From Neoconidiobolus thromboides FSU 785 (lineage: Eukaryota; Fungi; Entomophthoromycota): DNA of 64,000 nt. A program made the position numbers and the translations under genes. The notes below the pieces were generated by a model. That model saw nothing but the letters and a program-made list of their open reading frames with translations. It made no database searches and had not been told where the DNA came from. This document shows, one piece after another, positions 12,881 to 25,448 of the stretch (positions are counted from its first letter, which is position 1; each line of letters starts with the position of its first letter). The stretch covers positions 43,997 through 107,996 of the forward strand of contig MU626322.1 in assembly GCA_025603075.1 (NCBI GenBank). Direction: 5' to 3'.

Positions 12881-13073
12881 TCATAGATAATATTGTTATT
12901 CAATTGTTTTTTTAACAAATAAAGTCTTATATTAAACTATGAAACTATTTGAACCCGTTATACTCTCTCTTAAAACAATCTTTTTACAAACATAGTATCA
13001 ATAGTTTAAGAGTCAAACATTTAATTTAATGTAATAAATATTATTGTATATCTTTAATCTTTTGTTCACTGTT

Positions 13074-13160
13074 TAGGGGTGTTTCTTTAGCTTCATCACT
13101 ATTTCCATATTTTAAATGGAAAACTAGTAAAATTCTTAAATACAAAAATACATTCCCATA
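13074..13160 (-). mobile_element. MITE-like copy, internally deleted
   Basis: Both termini present, central AGCGCT segment missing. Confidence 0.7.
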
Positions 13161-13240
13161 TCTTCTTTTTTTTCACTTTACTTACAATATAGAATAAAAA
13201 AGGTTTCTACCTGATATCAAAAGTAACGCGATGTCATGAA

Positions 13241-13337
13241 ATGGGGATGTTTTTTTTCATTACTTTCTCTTCTTTAAGTGTTATTTGAGGTGAAAGATTA
13301 TTAATAAAATTATCAAACAAAAAAATACATCCCCGTA
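13241..13337 (-). mobile_element. MITE-like copy
   Basis: Matches consensus, diverged. Confidence 0.7.
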
Positions 13338-13812
13338 TCATGCATGGTATCATGATATTAAGTAGAAATTTTTTTACAAAAAACTAAAAAAATCCTTTCA
13401 AAAATTCTATTAGTCTATTTACTTATTTGTATGACTTTTCCCTGCCTAAAATCTTGGGGGTCACTAAGTTTTAGATAAATATGAAGTTTATATATTGGTT
13501 AGCTAATTTTAATTATTATGCAATTTTTTAAAAGTTGGACTAAGAAATTTAGCATATATAGCTAGAGGTGTAACAATCATTTAAGAAAAACAAAATTGAT
13601 TCAATGCTATTACAAAAACTTTAACCAATGAAGACAAAATTAAACCAATCAAGTAACTAATTGATTTTATGAAATGAAATGTAAACTTAATTCATAATAA
13701 TAAAGGTTATTTTTCAGGTTATTTCTTTATTATAATTAACTATAATTTTTGATTTGATTTTCAAAAATACTGTTTTTATATAAATAAATTATCAAATATG
13801 TTAATCTCTTAT

Positions 13813-15723
13813 TTATCCAATAACATTATTGATAGATGTCAAGAACATTTTATCCACCACATAATTGTCCAAATTAATTTTGATAAACTCAATTGTACTC
13901 TCCGAGTCGCATCTTTCACTTTTCAATTTTGAGTCACAGGCAGCTTTCAATAATCTTAACAATTTGAGTACATAGCCTTTAGCTTCGAGGATAAATTTTT
14001 TACCGAATCCTTGATTTAGTAACCATTCTCCTTCACTAATAAAAGATAAACAAGCATAAATTATATACATAATGGAGTTATAATAAGGTCCATCGTATTT
14101 GACATGAAACCCAGCATTGGTAGCCATAGCACATCTAGCACAAGCAAAAGCACCACGATTTTTTCCATGTGTTTGTTGAATGTTATATCGTTTCATTATT
14201 AAAAAAAATTCTGATAATGATTCGACCGATTTGTATAAGATCATAGCCTCATTAAGAGGGAATTTTTTGGGTTTCGGGATAACTAGGACAGAGGGATAAT
14301 AAAGATAAATCATTACTAAATGAGCATAAGCGTTTAAATGATATTTGAATGCGTTAGATTGATAATATTTTTGTATTCTTTTCATGTTCCTTACTTGATC
14401 ATTTGACTCCATCCTTTTCACTGTGTCAGATATAGATTTGCTATATATCAATTGAGAGGTTAAATTGGTCAACGCTGTATTAAACTTTTCATTTGGTAAT
14501 TGCAACTCAGAATGAGGTATTTCATGTAGCTTATTCAACCTTGAATACTCCGACTTAACCTTTTGAATATGTGATACAATCTGCGTGAATGATTCGGTGA
14601 CTATTTTATCGCTATATATATTTTCAAACTTATTATCCGAAAAAATGCCGCTTATCTCCAAGTCAGTTGGTGAATACGAACTATTCAATTGTATACTATT
14701 TTTGGCACTTGATAGATTGATTTTTACTGGTTTAAAATTAGCATTAAAGCTTGGCATATTTGGAAACATTGTTAAAGAAGTATAATAAAATAATGATAAT
14801 GAATCCCATAAATTTGCAGCCCTTTTTTTTTCATTGAATTCAGTTTCAGGCTTTTTTACTCCTTTACCATACCACAATTTTCTTTTATCTTCCTCAGCCA
14901 TCTCTTTTTCACTCTTATCATATCCCAGCAACTGTGCCATTCTTATAGCTAAACTAAAATATCGTGTGTATGATACTAAATCTGATTTATAAGCTGAAAT
15001 AGATGCTAAAAAAAACAAACCAATTACATTTTTAAAGGATGAGTTTGCATATGCTTCCGCCAAACATTCCTTTGCTTTTTTAAAGTTAATTTTATAAACT
15101 TGCTTTGTAAGCATACCATTATTCAAGCCTGTAAAACAGGCTAACAAAGCTAGAAAAGCATAGGAAGACATATCAGGCTCGGTATTAATTAATAGAGCAT
15201 TGACTTCATTACGGGTAAACCACATTTGATATATATCAATATATTTTAAATATATAGTAACTCCAGTTTGTAAAAAAGTATCATATCCTGTAGTTGGTTG
15301 TTTTAACAAGGTAATTGGCTTAATATAATATGTGATGACTTCTTGATTGTTGATGTTTGTTAGTTCATGCTTATAAGCGTCTATCAATAGCTCAATATAA
15401 TCGTAGTCTTCATAAACGGATGCTGTGTCACGCTTTAACTGATCTAGTATTTGGACACACCAAGCTAGATATTCTAATTAGTAGTTAATAAGTTTATTAT
15501 TTGTTTTTACAAAGGCGCTTATTTACTGTGATAGAATGACAACTGCGATAAATTCAAGGCATCTGGTTGTTGTAAACTAGCTATTGCCTTCTTTGTATTA
15601 TATTCTAATTTATCCACGCGGCGCCGCCTCCAGTCCATATCGCTACGTAATTGTGCTGGTTATGAGGGTTAATATACATTAATTAAAGAAATAAGTGCAT
15701 TTACATTTCGATATTGTATTCAT
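13813..15723 (-). CDS. Fungal_trans/MHR-like TF paralog B, 3 exons, no Zn2Cys6 cluster
   Basis: 19-nt exon 1 (MNTISK), exon 2 SQLRSDMDWRRRRVDKLEY..., long exon 3 with YFSLAIRMAQLLGY and LWDSLS; GT-AG introns at the same positions as in C and D. Confidence 0.8.
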
Positions 15724-15855
15724 GATGAAGTTGGATTCTAAATAAACTAAAATGAGATATTGAAATTTTTGATTTTATTTTTTAAAATGCATTGTCAATT
15801 CATGCAATTTAAAAAGACACCTATCAAACTTAATAAAAATATAAGAATATGAGAA

Positions 15856-15960
15856 CATGGGAATATATTTTTGTATTGAAGAATTTTACTAACAATCTTT
15901 TCACCCAAATAGCGCTTAAAAAATGAAAAAAAAGTACTGAAACCAAAGAAACACCCCATA
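15856..15960 (+). mobile_element. MITE-like copy ~130 bp upstream of paralog B
   Basis: Matches consensus. Confidence 0.8.
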
Positions 15961-17473
15961 GTTTGATTTCAATTTAATTTGTCATAATTGTAAATCAAAA
16001 AATATTAGCTTGAAATAAAACAGTCACACATACTTTAGATAAAATATATTCATGTATTATTAGTGACTTATAACAAGAAGCCTATGAAGTATAACCCATT
16101 GTATTAAAACACTAACATGTCAATTTCGAGTTAGAAATGCCTCTCTGAAAATTCAAAATTTATGAGCCTTACTATTACAATTGACTAGATTATATTATAA
16201 ACTACTTGGGCATTTGAGCTTGAATTGTATCATAATTAAATTGAAACACTTTTTAAATAATTAAGTTGCGGCTATTACGGCCTTTTATGACTTTTTGAGG
16301 TAATTTTTATAATAAGATTATTTGTATAATCGATTTGTATAGTCAATCCCTATTTTTAGGTTTAATATGCCATATTCTTTCTCCTTAAATGAGCAGTCCC
16401 TTAGGTCTAAAGAGCTACAACAGTTGTAATGTTTGTTTTTATTCTAAGTTTAGTTGAATTTTGTTTAATCATTGCTATCAGATTTTCATTTATAGTGATC
16501 ATTATTTTTTAAAATTGGCAACACGAAGTGGAAGCTAATTTTTTCTTACTTCGTGTTCTAGATAACCCATTAATATTGTTATCTTTTTGTCCACTCTTAA
16601 TCAGTTGTTGTATTAATTTATATTATAATTTAACATATGTATTTTATTATATTATATTATTACTTATATCAAATTATATTTTTATGTATAAATACTAGCG
16701 ACAAATGTTAAAGAGGCAGAATCGTACTTTAGCGATATGACTAGCCTTGGCTTCTAGTTAAGATAAATACTATATTTTTTTCCTTTGGACTAATACCCAA
16801 TAATAAATGTCTATGTTCAAGAGAGGCCCTTCCAATTAAAAATATTACTTTGAAAAGCTCTCTTTCATATATTTATCAGCAAGAACTTTGAAACCTGTTA
16901 TACTCATTTGAGATCTATTCATTAAGAGACACACAAGACCTAAATGACTTCTACTTCTTACTGGAAGCAAATACAATCAAAGGAGTGGATTTATTAATTT
17001 AATATTGCAATTAAATTTCTTGAATTAAAAAAAATCAAATAAGCCATATCGAAATAAAAGCTGGATTTATATGATGCCTATTTATCCATCTTTTTTAGTT
17101 GTTTGATTATTAGTATAGAAGTGGTTTTTAGCCTGCTTTTATCATGAGTATCAAGATGCTTTATTTAATTATGCTAGGTATCAAAATTCTTTTATAAATT
17201 CTTTTGAAACGATATGAGAATATAGTTTTCCTCTCTTCATTTGATTAACTTATGAACTTTTATACACATTCAGCAATTGAAGTATTTAGATGCAAAATAC
17301 ATTAAAATATAAGCTGGGAGATACTAAGCTACTCTTGCTACTAGATCATATCCTTTGATTTAAAAATCCTCCCTTGTTAATAGTTCGGCAGCTAAGTTTA
17401 ATTTATGGTGGTTGAAGCATATGGCAACTTGATTTCGAAGTATTAAGTTGCATTAAAAATAGTCGAAATAAAT

Positions 17474-17570
17474 TATGGGGGCGGTTTTTGATTTTATCGC
17501 TTTTTTATTTTTAAGCACTATGAATGGAAAGATTGTTAGTAAAATTCTTAAATAAAAAAATACATCCCTA
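17474..17570 (-). mobile_element. MITE-like copy
   Basis: Matches consensus. Confidence 0.75.
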
Positions 17571-18475
17571 TATTATAAAATAAAAATCCATAATAATTGA
17601 ACTTGATTATTTAATTTGGCTTTTTGTTTATAAATTAATCTGCCATAATAATAGTACTTTATTTTTATAAAAATGATATTTTTCAGGAGTTCAAAGGAGG
17701 AATTGAAGATAGTTAAATGTACTTATTGAAGCTTGAACAATGAAATGAATGTGTTATAACTGGATTTAAAGGAACTTGCAATGAGGCTTTTCAAAGTATG
17801 ATAAAGGAATTTTACAGTTATATCATAAGAAGTAGAAATAATAAGAGATATTTTATCTATTATTAATGTAATAAAAACAGGTATAAAATTTTAAATATGA
17901 GCTTTTTGACTTAAAAAAGTAGCTTTATTGAGAACAAAACAGTATACTTGGCTGCATTAGTCTCATAATAAAAGTTTTATGGTCTTGGTGAACATTTGCT
18001 AACCTATCGGAGTTGATACAAATCTCTTGATATTGCTTTACACAAAATATTTGTTTTTTAGTTATAAAAATAGTAATATACAAAGAAATAAATGTAATGG
18101 TCACAAAGATAATATCTGAGACTGAAATACTATAATGGAAGTTTTTTATAAATTAGAACCAAAAATAATGTAATCCTTCTTGTGTTGTAATCAATCTATT
18201 AAAATATTTGTAAAAATTGAAAAAACTAATGATAATAGAATCAGCTTTATTTAATGCGATACAAACTAACATAAAAACAAAAATATCTAAACAATTTTTA
18301 AAGCATTTATACTTATAATAATTGTATAGTACAAGATGTTTTATCAAAAATATGAATTGATGTTATTTTTAAATATATTAGATATATTTTTTAGATTTAA
18401 CTTTTGAGAATAAGTCTATTTAACTTGATACTTATTTAAAAAAATACCTATACTATTCAATACATCAAATAGTAT

Positions 18476-20386
18476 TCATGTAATAATGTCTTTAATAGAC
18501 ATCAATATCATTTCATCTACTTCAAAACTATTTAAATTCTCTTTGATAGATTTGATTGTATTCTCCGAATCTAACTTTTCACTTTTCAATTTCGAGTCGC
18601 AGGCAGTTTTTAACAACCTCAGTAGTTTCAATACATAACCTTTAGCCTCAATCATAAACTTCTGTCCAAGCCCTTGGCTTAGAAGCCAGTCTTTCTCACT
18701 AATAAAAGCCAAATAAACATAAATTATATACATAAGCGGAGTATAATAAGGTGCATCATAATTTACCCGAAACCCATCGTTGCTAGCAAACTCGCATCTA
18801 GAACAAGCAAAAGCACCACGATTCCTACCATGAGTTTGTTGAATGTTATTTCGCTTCATTATTAAAAAAAATTCTGCTACCGATTGAGCAGACTTGTATA
18901 AAACTATAGCTTCATTGATATAAAACTTTTTAGGTCTTGGAAACACTAATAAGGAAGGGTAATAAAGGTATATTAGTATTAAGTTACAGAAAGCATTTAA
19001 GTGATATTTAAATACATTGGATTTATAACATTGTTGGATTGCTTTCATATCTTTTACTTGTTGGTTTAGCTCGATCTTTTTTGTTATTTCAAATAGGGAT
19101 GGATTGTTTACCAATTGACTGGTTAAATTCGTTAACACAGTATTAAATTTTTCTTTAGGTAATTGTAATTCATGATGGGGTATTTCATAAACTTTGTCCA
19201 ATCTTGAATAATTTAGTTTGATGTTTTGAACATGTGCTGTTATCTCAGCAAACGACTCAGCTGCTATTTTTTCACTGTGTACTTTTTCGAATTCATTATT
19301 TAAAAAAACACTGTTTATTTCCAAACCAATTGATGGATAAGAGCTATTCACTTCTAAACCATCTTGAATGTTTTTTGATAAATCGATTTTTACTGGTTTA
19401 AAGTTAACATTAAGCCTTGGCATATTTGGAAATATCGACAAAATAGTATAATAAACCAATGATAACGAATTCCATAACTCTATACCCCTTTTCCTTTTTT
19501 CGAACTCTACCTCAATCTCCTCCACTCCTTTAACATATTCTGATTTCCTTTTATTTTCCTCAAGCATCTCCCTTACACTCTTATTGTACCCTAATAACTG
19601 TGCCATCCTTATAGCTGAGCTAAAATACCGTAAGCTTACTACTGGTTCCGCTCTATACCCTGAAATAAAGCACATAAACAATATGCCAATCACATTGTCA
19701 AATGATGGATTGGCATATGCTTCCACTAAGCACTCCTTTGCTTTTTTGAAATGAATTTTATAAATATGATGTCCTAATGTACTATTTTTCAAACATAAAA
19801 AATAAGCCAACAAAACCAATATAGCATGGGAAGACAGATTAGGTTCAGCGTTAGTCAATAAGGCGCTGAATTCTTTGCGAGTATACCACATTTGATATAA
19901 GTCAATATATTTTAAATAAATCTTTAAACCAGATTGTAGAAAGGCTCCATAACCTGTGGCCGGTTGCTTTAGTAAGGTGTCTGGATTGACAAGGTAGACG
20001 ATATTTTCATTGTTGTTTATATTTACCAGCTCACGTTTATAAGTATGTATCAATAACTCAATATAATCATAGTCTTCATAAAGAGAAAAAGAGTCATACT
20101 TTAGTTGTCTTAATATTCCGATGCACCAGGCTAAATATCCTTAACTAAAATTAGTATTTATGTTTAATTTTTAAGGATATTCATTTACTATGATATGATG
20201 TCAATTGTCCTCCACTCAAGCTCCTTAGACGCTGTAAATGGGCTATTGTAGACTTTATATTATATTCCAAAGCATCCACGCGATAGCGTCTCTTATCTAT
20301 CTCACTGCGAGGTTTCCCTGTGTAATAAAATTTAGCTTATACCGGCTAAAGAAATTATATTATTTACTTTTTGATAGTGTATTCAT
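18476..20386 (-). CDS. Fungal_trans/MHR-like TF paralog C, 3 exons, no Zn2Cys6 cluster
   Basis: MNTLSK|RKPRSEIDKRRYRVDALEY...; YFSSAIRMAQLLGY; same intron positions as B and D. Confidence 0.8.
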
Positions 20387-21034
20387 GATAAAACTGATTT
20401 AAATAAATTGAAATGAAACGTTGGTTCTTATGAATGTCTATTTTTAAGGTGCATTTAAAATTTTATGCATTTTGGAAATCTGAATTAAATTTGTAGAGGA
20501 GAGGAGCATGATTTGTAATGTAAGATTGAAATTGAATGCACTTTACAGTTATTATAAAAATGCCTTGTTTTCACACCTATATCTATCTCTCTTTCGTCAT
20601 TGTCTTTTCTCTTGAAAGATTTCTTACCCTTCTAATATACCACTCCATTTACTAAATGATTTAAAAAAGGCTTGTTTTAACATATAAAGGCATCATTGTC
20701 TTTAAAACAAGTTAAAAATTTAGAATAAAAGGTGAGCACTTTAACAAAATTAAAGTAAGTAATAGATAAGTGTTAATATTGGCTATAACTCAAGAAATGA
20801 AAAAATATTAAAAATATTATTTTAAACTCAATTAAACGTTATTTATAGCAATGATAGTTACTGTTTTTTATAAACTATCATGTATTATGAATACAAGCAA
20901 AAAGGGTAGTAAATAAAAAATATTCTTATATACATTTAAAAATTAAAAAACATTAATTTGGACATAGCATTATTATAGTTTGTATAAAGAACTGAATGAA
21001 TATAAATTGCATAAATTATTTATAAAGTTAAGTA

Positions 21035-21132
21035 TATAGGAATGTATTTTTTTTAAGAATTTTACTAATAATCTTTTCGCTCATGGCGCTTAAAAATTAA
21101 AAAAAATTAAAAAATCAAAAACAACCGCTACA
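21035..21132 (+). mobile_element. MITE-like copy (diverged)
   Basis: Matches consensus. Confidence 0.7.
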
Positions 21133-21272
21133 TGCTCTATTTTTGATTTTGAAAATTCAACATTCAGTTTTTATTTAATATTTTATAAACATTATATAAG
21201 ATTGTTAGTTAACTATTTATTACAATTGTTTTTTACATTTTCTAGAATAACGATTTAATTCTATTAGATTCT

Positions 21273-21380
21273 CATATGGGAGTATTTTTTTTGACTTCAT
21301 TATTTTTTTCATTTTTTAAGCGCTATTTGAGCGGAAAGTTTGTTAGTAAAATTCTTAAATACAAAAATACATCCCCATAT
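21273..21380 (-). mobile_element. MITE-like copy
   Basis: Near-consensus: CATATGGGAG...ATACATCCCCATAT. Confidence 0.85.
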
Positions 21381-21464
21381 CTTTTAAATTTAACTTTTAG
21401 CATATTTTAAATATTTTTATATTTTGTTGAATAAATCACTATCAATACATTCATTTCCCCCTAT

Positions 21465-23376
21465 TTATCCAATAATACTATTGATAGATTTCAAAAACAT
21501 TTTATCTACCATATAGTTGCCTAGATTCTTTTTAATAAATTGAATTGTGTTTAATGACTCTAATCTTTCACTTTTTGATTCAGAATCAAGAACAGCTTTT
21601 AATAGTCTCAACAATCTTAGCACATAACACTTTGCTTTAATAATAAATCTTTGTCTAAGCTTTTGAGCCAATAACCAGTTTTCTTTGCTAATAAAAGCTA
21701 AATAAACATACACAACATGCATAATTGGGGTATAAAAAGGTCCTTCAAAATTAAGATAAAACCCATTGGCACTAGCTAACTCAGACCTAGCACATGCAAA
21801 AGCTCCACAGTTCCTACCATGACTTTGCTGGATGTTATTTTGCTTAATTATTAGATAGAATTCTGCTATCGATTGTGCTGATTTATTTAAAAGTATAGCT
21901 TCATTGATAGTAAATCTTTTAGGTTTTGGAAATACCAGTACAGAGGGATAGTATAAGTAGATAAGTGTTAAATGAACAAATGAATTCAAGTGGTAGTTAA
22001 ATGTATTGAACTCATAATATTTTTGGATTATTTTTGCCTTTTTTGTTTGCTTCTTTGAATCTATTTTTTTCACTTTATCATATAAAGATGGGTTGTAGAC
22101 TAATTGACTAGTTAAGTTAGTCAATACAATACTAAATCTTTCTTTAGTTAACTCCAATTCATGTTGAGGTATTTTATCTATAACGTCCTTTCTTAAGTAA
22201 TTTAGCTTTATTTTTTGAATATGAGCTACTATCTCAGCGGATGCCTCAGTCACTATTTTTTCACCATAAATCTTTTCAAGTTCACTGCTTGAAAAAGCAC
22301 CATCTATTTGCGATCCGCTCGGTGAGGAAGTATCATTTGCTTGTAAACCATTTTCAACACTTTTTAGTAAATTAGTTTCCATTAATTTGAAATTAACATT
22401 AAGGTTTGGCATATTTGGGTATATTGATAAGTAGGAATAATAAATAAAGGATAGTGATTCCCATAGCCTCATACCCCTCTCTTTTCTCTTAAATTCTATC
22501 TTAATTTCTTCTGGTCTTTTACTATACACCAAATTCCTCTTATATTCCTCAACCATCTCACTCGCACTCTTATTATACCCCAAAGCCTGTGCCATCCTTA
22601 TAACTAAGCTAAAATATTTTGTAACAGATGCCGAATCCGAGATATGAGCTGAAATAAAGCACATGAATAGTATACCAACTACATTACTAAAAGATGGATT
22701 GGCATATGCTCGTATCAGCCCTTCTTTTGCTTTTTTAAAATTAATTTCGTATATATGATGTGCCAACATGTTGTTTTTTGAGCGTGAAAAGTAAGCTAAT
22801 AAAGCCATAAATCCATGGGAACATAGATCTGGGGTATTGTTGGTTAATAAAATATTGACCTCTTTATGAGTATACCATACCTGATGTAAATTGATGTACT
22901 TCAAATAGATAGTGACACCATTTTCCAGAAAAGTGCCATATCCAGTAGCTGGCTGCTTTAATAAGATGACAGGTTTGATAATGTAGTCGAAGCTACCATT
23001 AATGTTAGTATCTTCTAATTCTTGTTTATAAATATGCACCAATAGCTCAATATAATCATAGTCTTCATAAAGAGAAAAAGTGTCCTGCTTTAGTTGACGT
23101 AATATTTCCATGCATTTGGCCAGATATTCTTAGACATCAGTTAGTATCTATTTATATTTTTGAAAAGTACTAATTTACTATGATATACTACTAATTGAAT
23201 TCCATCCAACCTTTTTAGACGTTCTAAGCGAGTTATTACAGACTTTATATTATATTCCAAAGCATCCACACGATAGCGCCTCTTATCTACCTCACTACGA
23301 AGTTTTTCTGTGTAATAGAAATTAATTTGTATTAGTTAAATAAACTATCCTATTTACTTGTTAATGGTGCATTCAT
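21465..23376 (-). CDS. Fungal_trans/MHR-like TF paralog D, 3 exons, no Zn2Cys6 cluster
   Basis: MNAPLT|KKLRSEVDKRRYRVDALEY...YH|KYLAKCMEILRQ; YFSLVIRMAQALGY. Confidence 0.8.
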
Positions 23377-23745
23377 GACAAATGAAAATTTACAAATCAA
23401 AAAGTAGAGTTTTATAGATTTTAGTTTTGAAATGTATCCTTATACAAGTCAAGAAATCTAGTTTAAGTTTATACGAAAAGAAAGCATATTTATGCAAAAG
23501 TTGACGGCATTTTGCTATTAGAATAAAAAGGCTTACTTTTACATAAGAATCAATAATGCCTTTAGAATTAAAAAGACTGAAATTAGAATAGGATATGAGC
23601 ACTCTAATAATCTCAAGTGAAATAACCAAGCATTACTATAGACTAAAGCTTGAAAACAAGTTGAAAAAAGAGATAAAATGTATTAAACTTTAAAAATTGT
23701 CTTACTTTATTTAAAAAAAATTGTTTTTTGCTTTAAAGTTTATTA

Positions 23746-23850
23746 TATGGGGGTGTTTCTTTTGGCTTCATTACTTTTTCTATCTTTTAAGCGCTATTTG
23801 AGTGGAAAAGTTGTTAGCAAAATTCTTAAACACAAAAATACATCCCCATA
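23746..23850 (-). mobile_element. MITE-like copy upstream of paralog D
   Basis: TA-TGGGGGTGTTT...ATACATCCCCA-TA. Confidence 0.85.
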
Positions 23851-24702
23851 TGCTTTCATTAAAAAGTAAAATGAGGATAAAAATACAGGAGACGTTAAGT
23901 ATGATTTTATTATTGCGTGCATAAATGGCTGCGAAAGTAAAAAAACATGAATTACTAGCAAACAAAAGCGACTATATGGGGCTGTATTTTTTCCATGTTT
24001 TAAGCAAAAAAAAACCCTGATATGTATTAATTGAAACTAAAGCCCAACTTTTTCCCGCTTCTGATTTTCTACATAAGTCGAACCTAAACATAAATACCAA
24101 ATAAAGAGTATGTATTGTCTAAATTAGTCAAGAAAATCAAATTCTAAACTATCAACAAAAAATATTAAAAATGTTTATTCATTATTTTAATTTTTGAATT
24201 GTAGAGATCTAATAAATTCTGATATAAATCAGACTGGAAAAAATTACTTTATATTTCATGTTGGTAAGTTCAAAGACCTGTCTAAAATTCACTTCATTTT
24301 ATTAAATATAATTATAAACATTTAGTACATATTTAAACTAATAAAAAAATTCCTTACTTTTACATAACTTTATAATTTCGATTTTAAAACTAAATGTTCA
24401 ATTGTTCTTGCAAGTAATGGCTCTATGTGAGTAAAATGAGCCAGAAGATGCAAATTGTTTTTTCCACCATAAATCATCTCATTGTATCTTGTATCAAGCT
24501 GCAGGTTTCAAAAACATTGGTATGTATTAGCATACACCTTTTTGAAAATTGTTTAAAATGATAAGATTGAATACTCACAAGTAAAATTTTAACAAAACGA
24601 TAAAGATTTATAGTTTTTTGTTAAGTTTTTTGCTTGCAGTTATCAACTGTCGGGATTGTATACACTTCAAAAGTGTACCATTTTCACATTAATCTGTGTA
24701 TG

Positions 24703-24803
24703 TATGGGGATGTTCTTTTTGATTCTATTACTTTTTCCATTTTTTAAGTGCTATTTGAGCGGAAAGTTAGTAAAATTCTTAAACAAAAAAATACATTCCC
24801 ATA
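24703..24803 (-). mobile_element. MITE-like copy
   Basis: Matches consensus. Confidence 0.8.
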
Positions 24804-25345
24804 CCCTTTTTTTAAAACGTTTGGCATATCACAAAATTAAAAGGGTTCTATTTTTTGCGCTACTTTTTGAAAGTTTAGCCTAATTGATATACTTTTGGCA
24901 AAAACAATCAAGCCAAAAAAATTATAAAAACTAATCAAATTTCAGAAATCAATTAAAAGATGGATTACAGTTTTAAAGCAAAGTTTAATAACTTTTTATA
25001 TCAGCATCAAAAATTTGTGAGTTTTATTTGTGTCATTGATTTTAAACTGTTAATTATCAAGTTTTCATAAAGCTTCAATAAGTATACAATAAGTCATTAA
25101 ACCTCCCTTTTATTTAAAATTGTAATCTATTTTTTGAATTTAATTGACTTTCTTTCAAAATTTCGTTTAGTTTTCACAATTTTTAACTCAATTGTTTTGG
25201 AAAAAAAGTGTATTAAAAGTCAGCCAAATTCCAACAAAAGTTAGCTTTATTTAAACAAAAACTTTAAGTGTGTCAATTTTAATAATTTAAGGTTTTGTGT
25301 ACCTTAATCTTTAAATTTGATTAAATTTGCAACGCTTTTCAATAG

Positions 25346-25448
25346 CATATGGGGATGTATCTTTTTGTTTAAGGATTTCACTAATAGTTTTTCCACTTAG
25401 TGTTCAAGAAATGGAAAAAGTATTGAAATAAAAAAAACACCCCCTATA
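25346..25448 (+). mobile_element. MITE-like copy
   Basis: Matches consensus. Confidence 0.75.
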
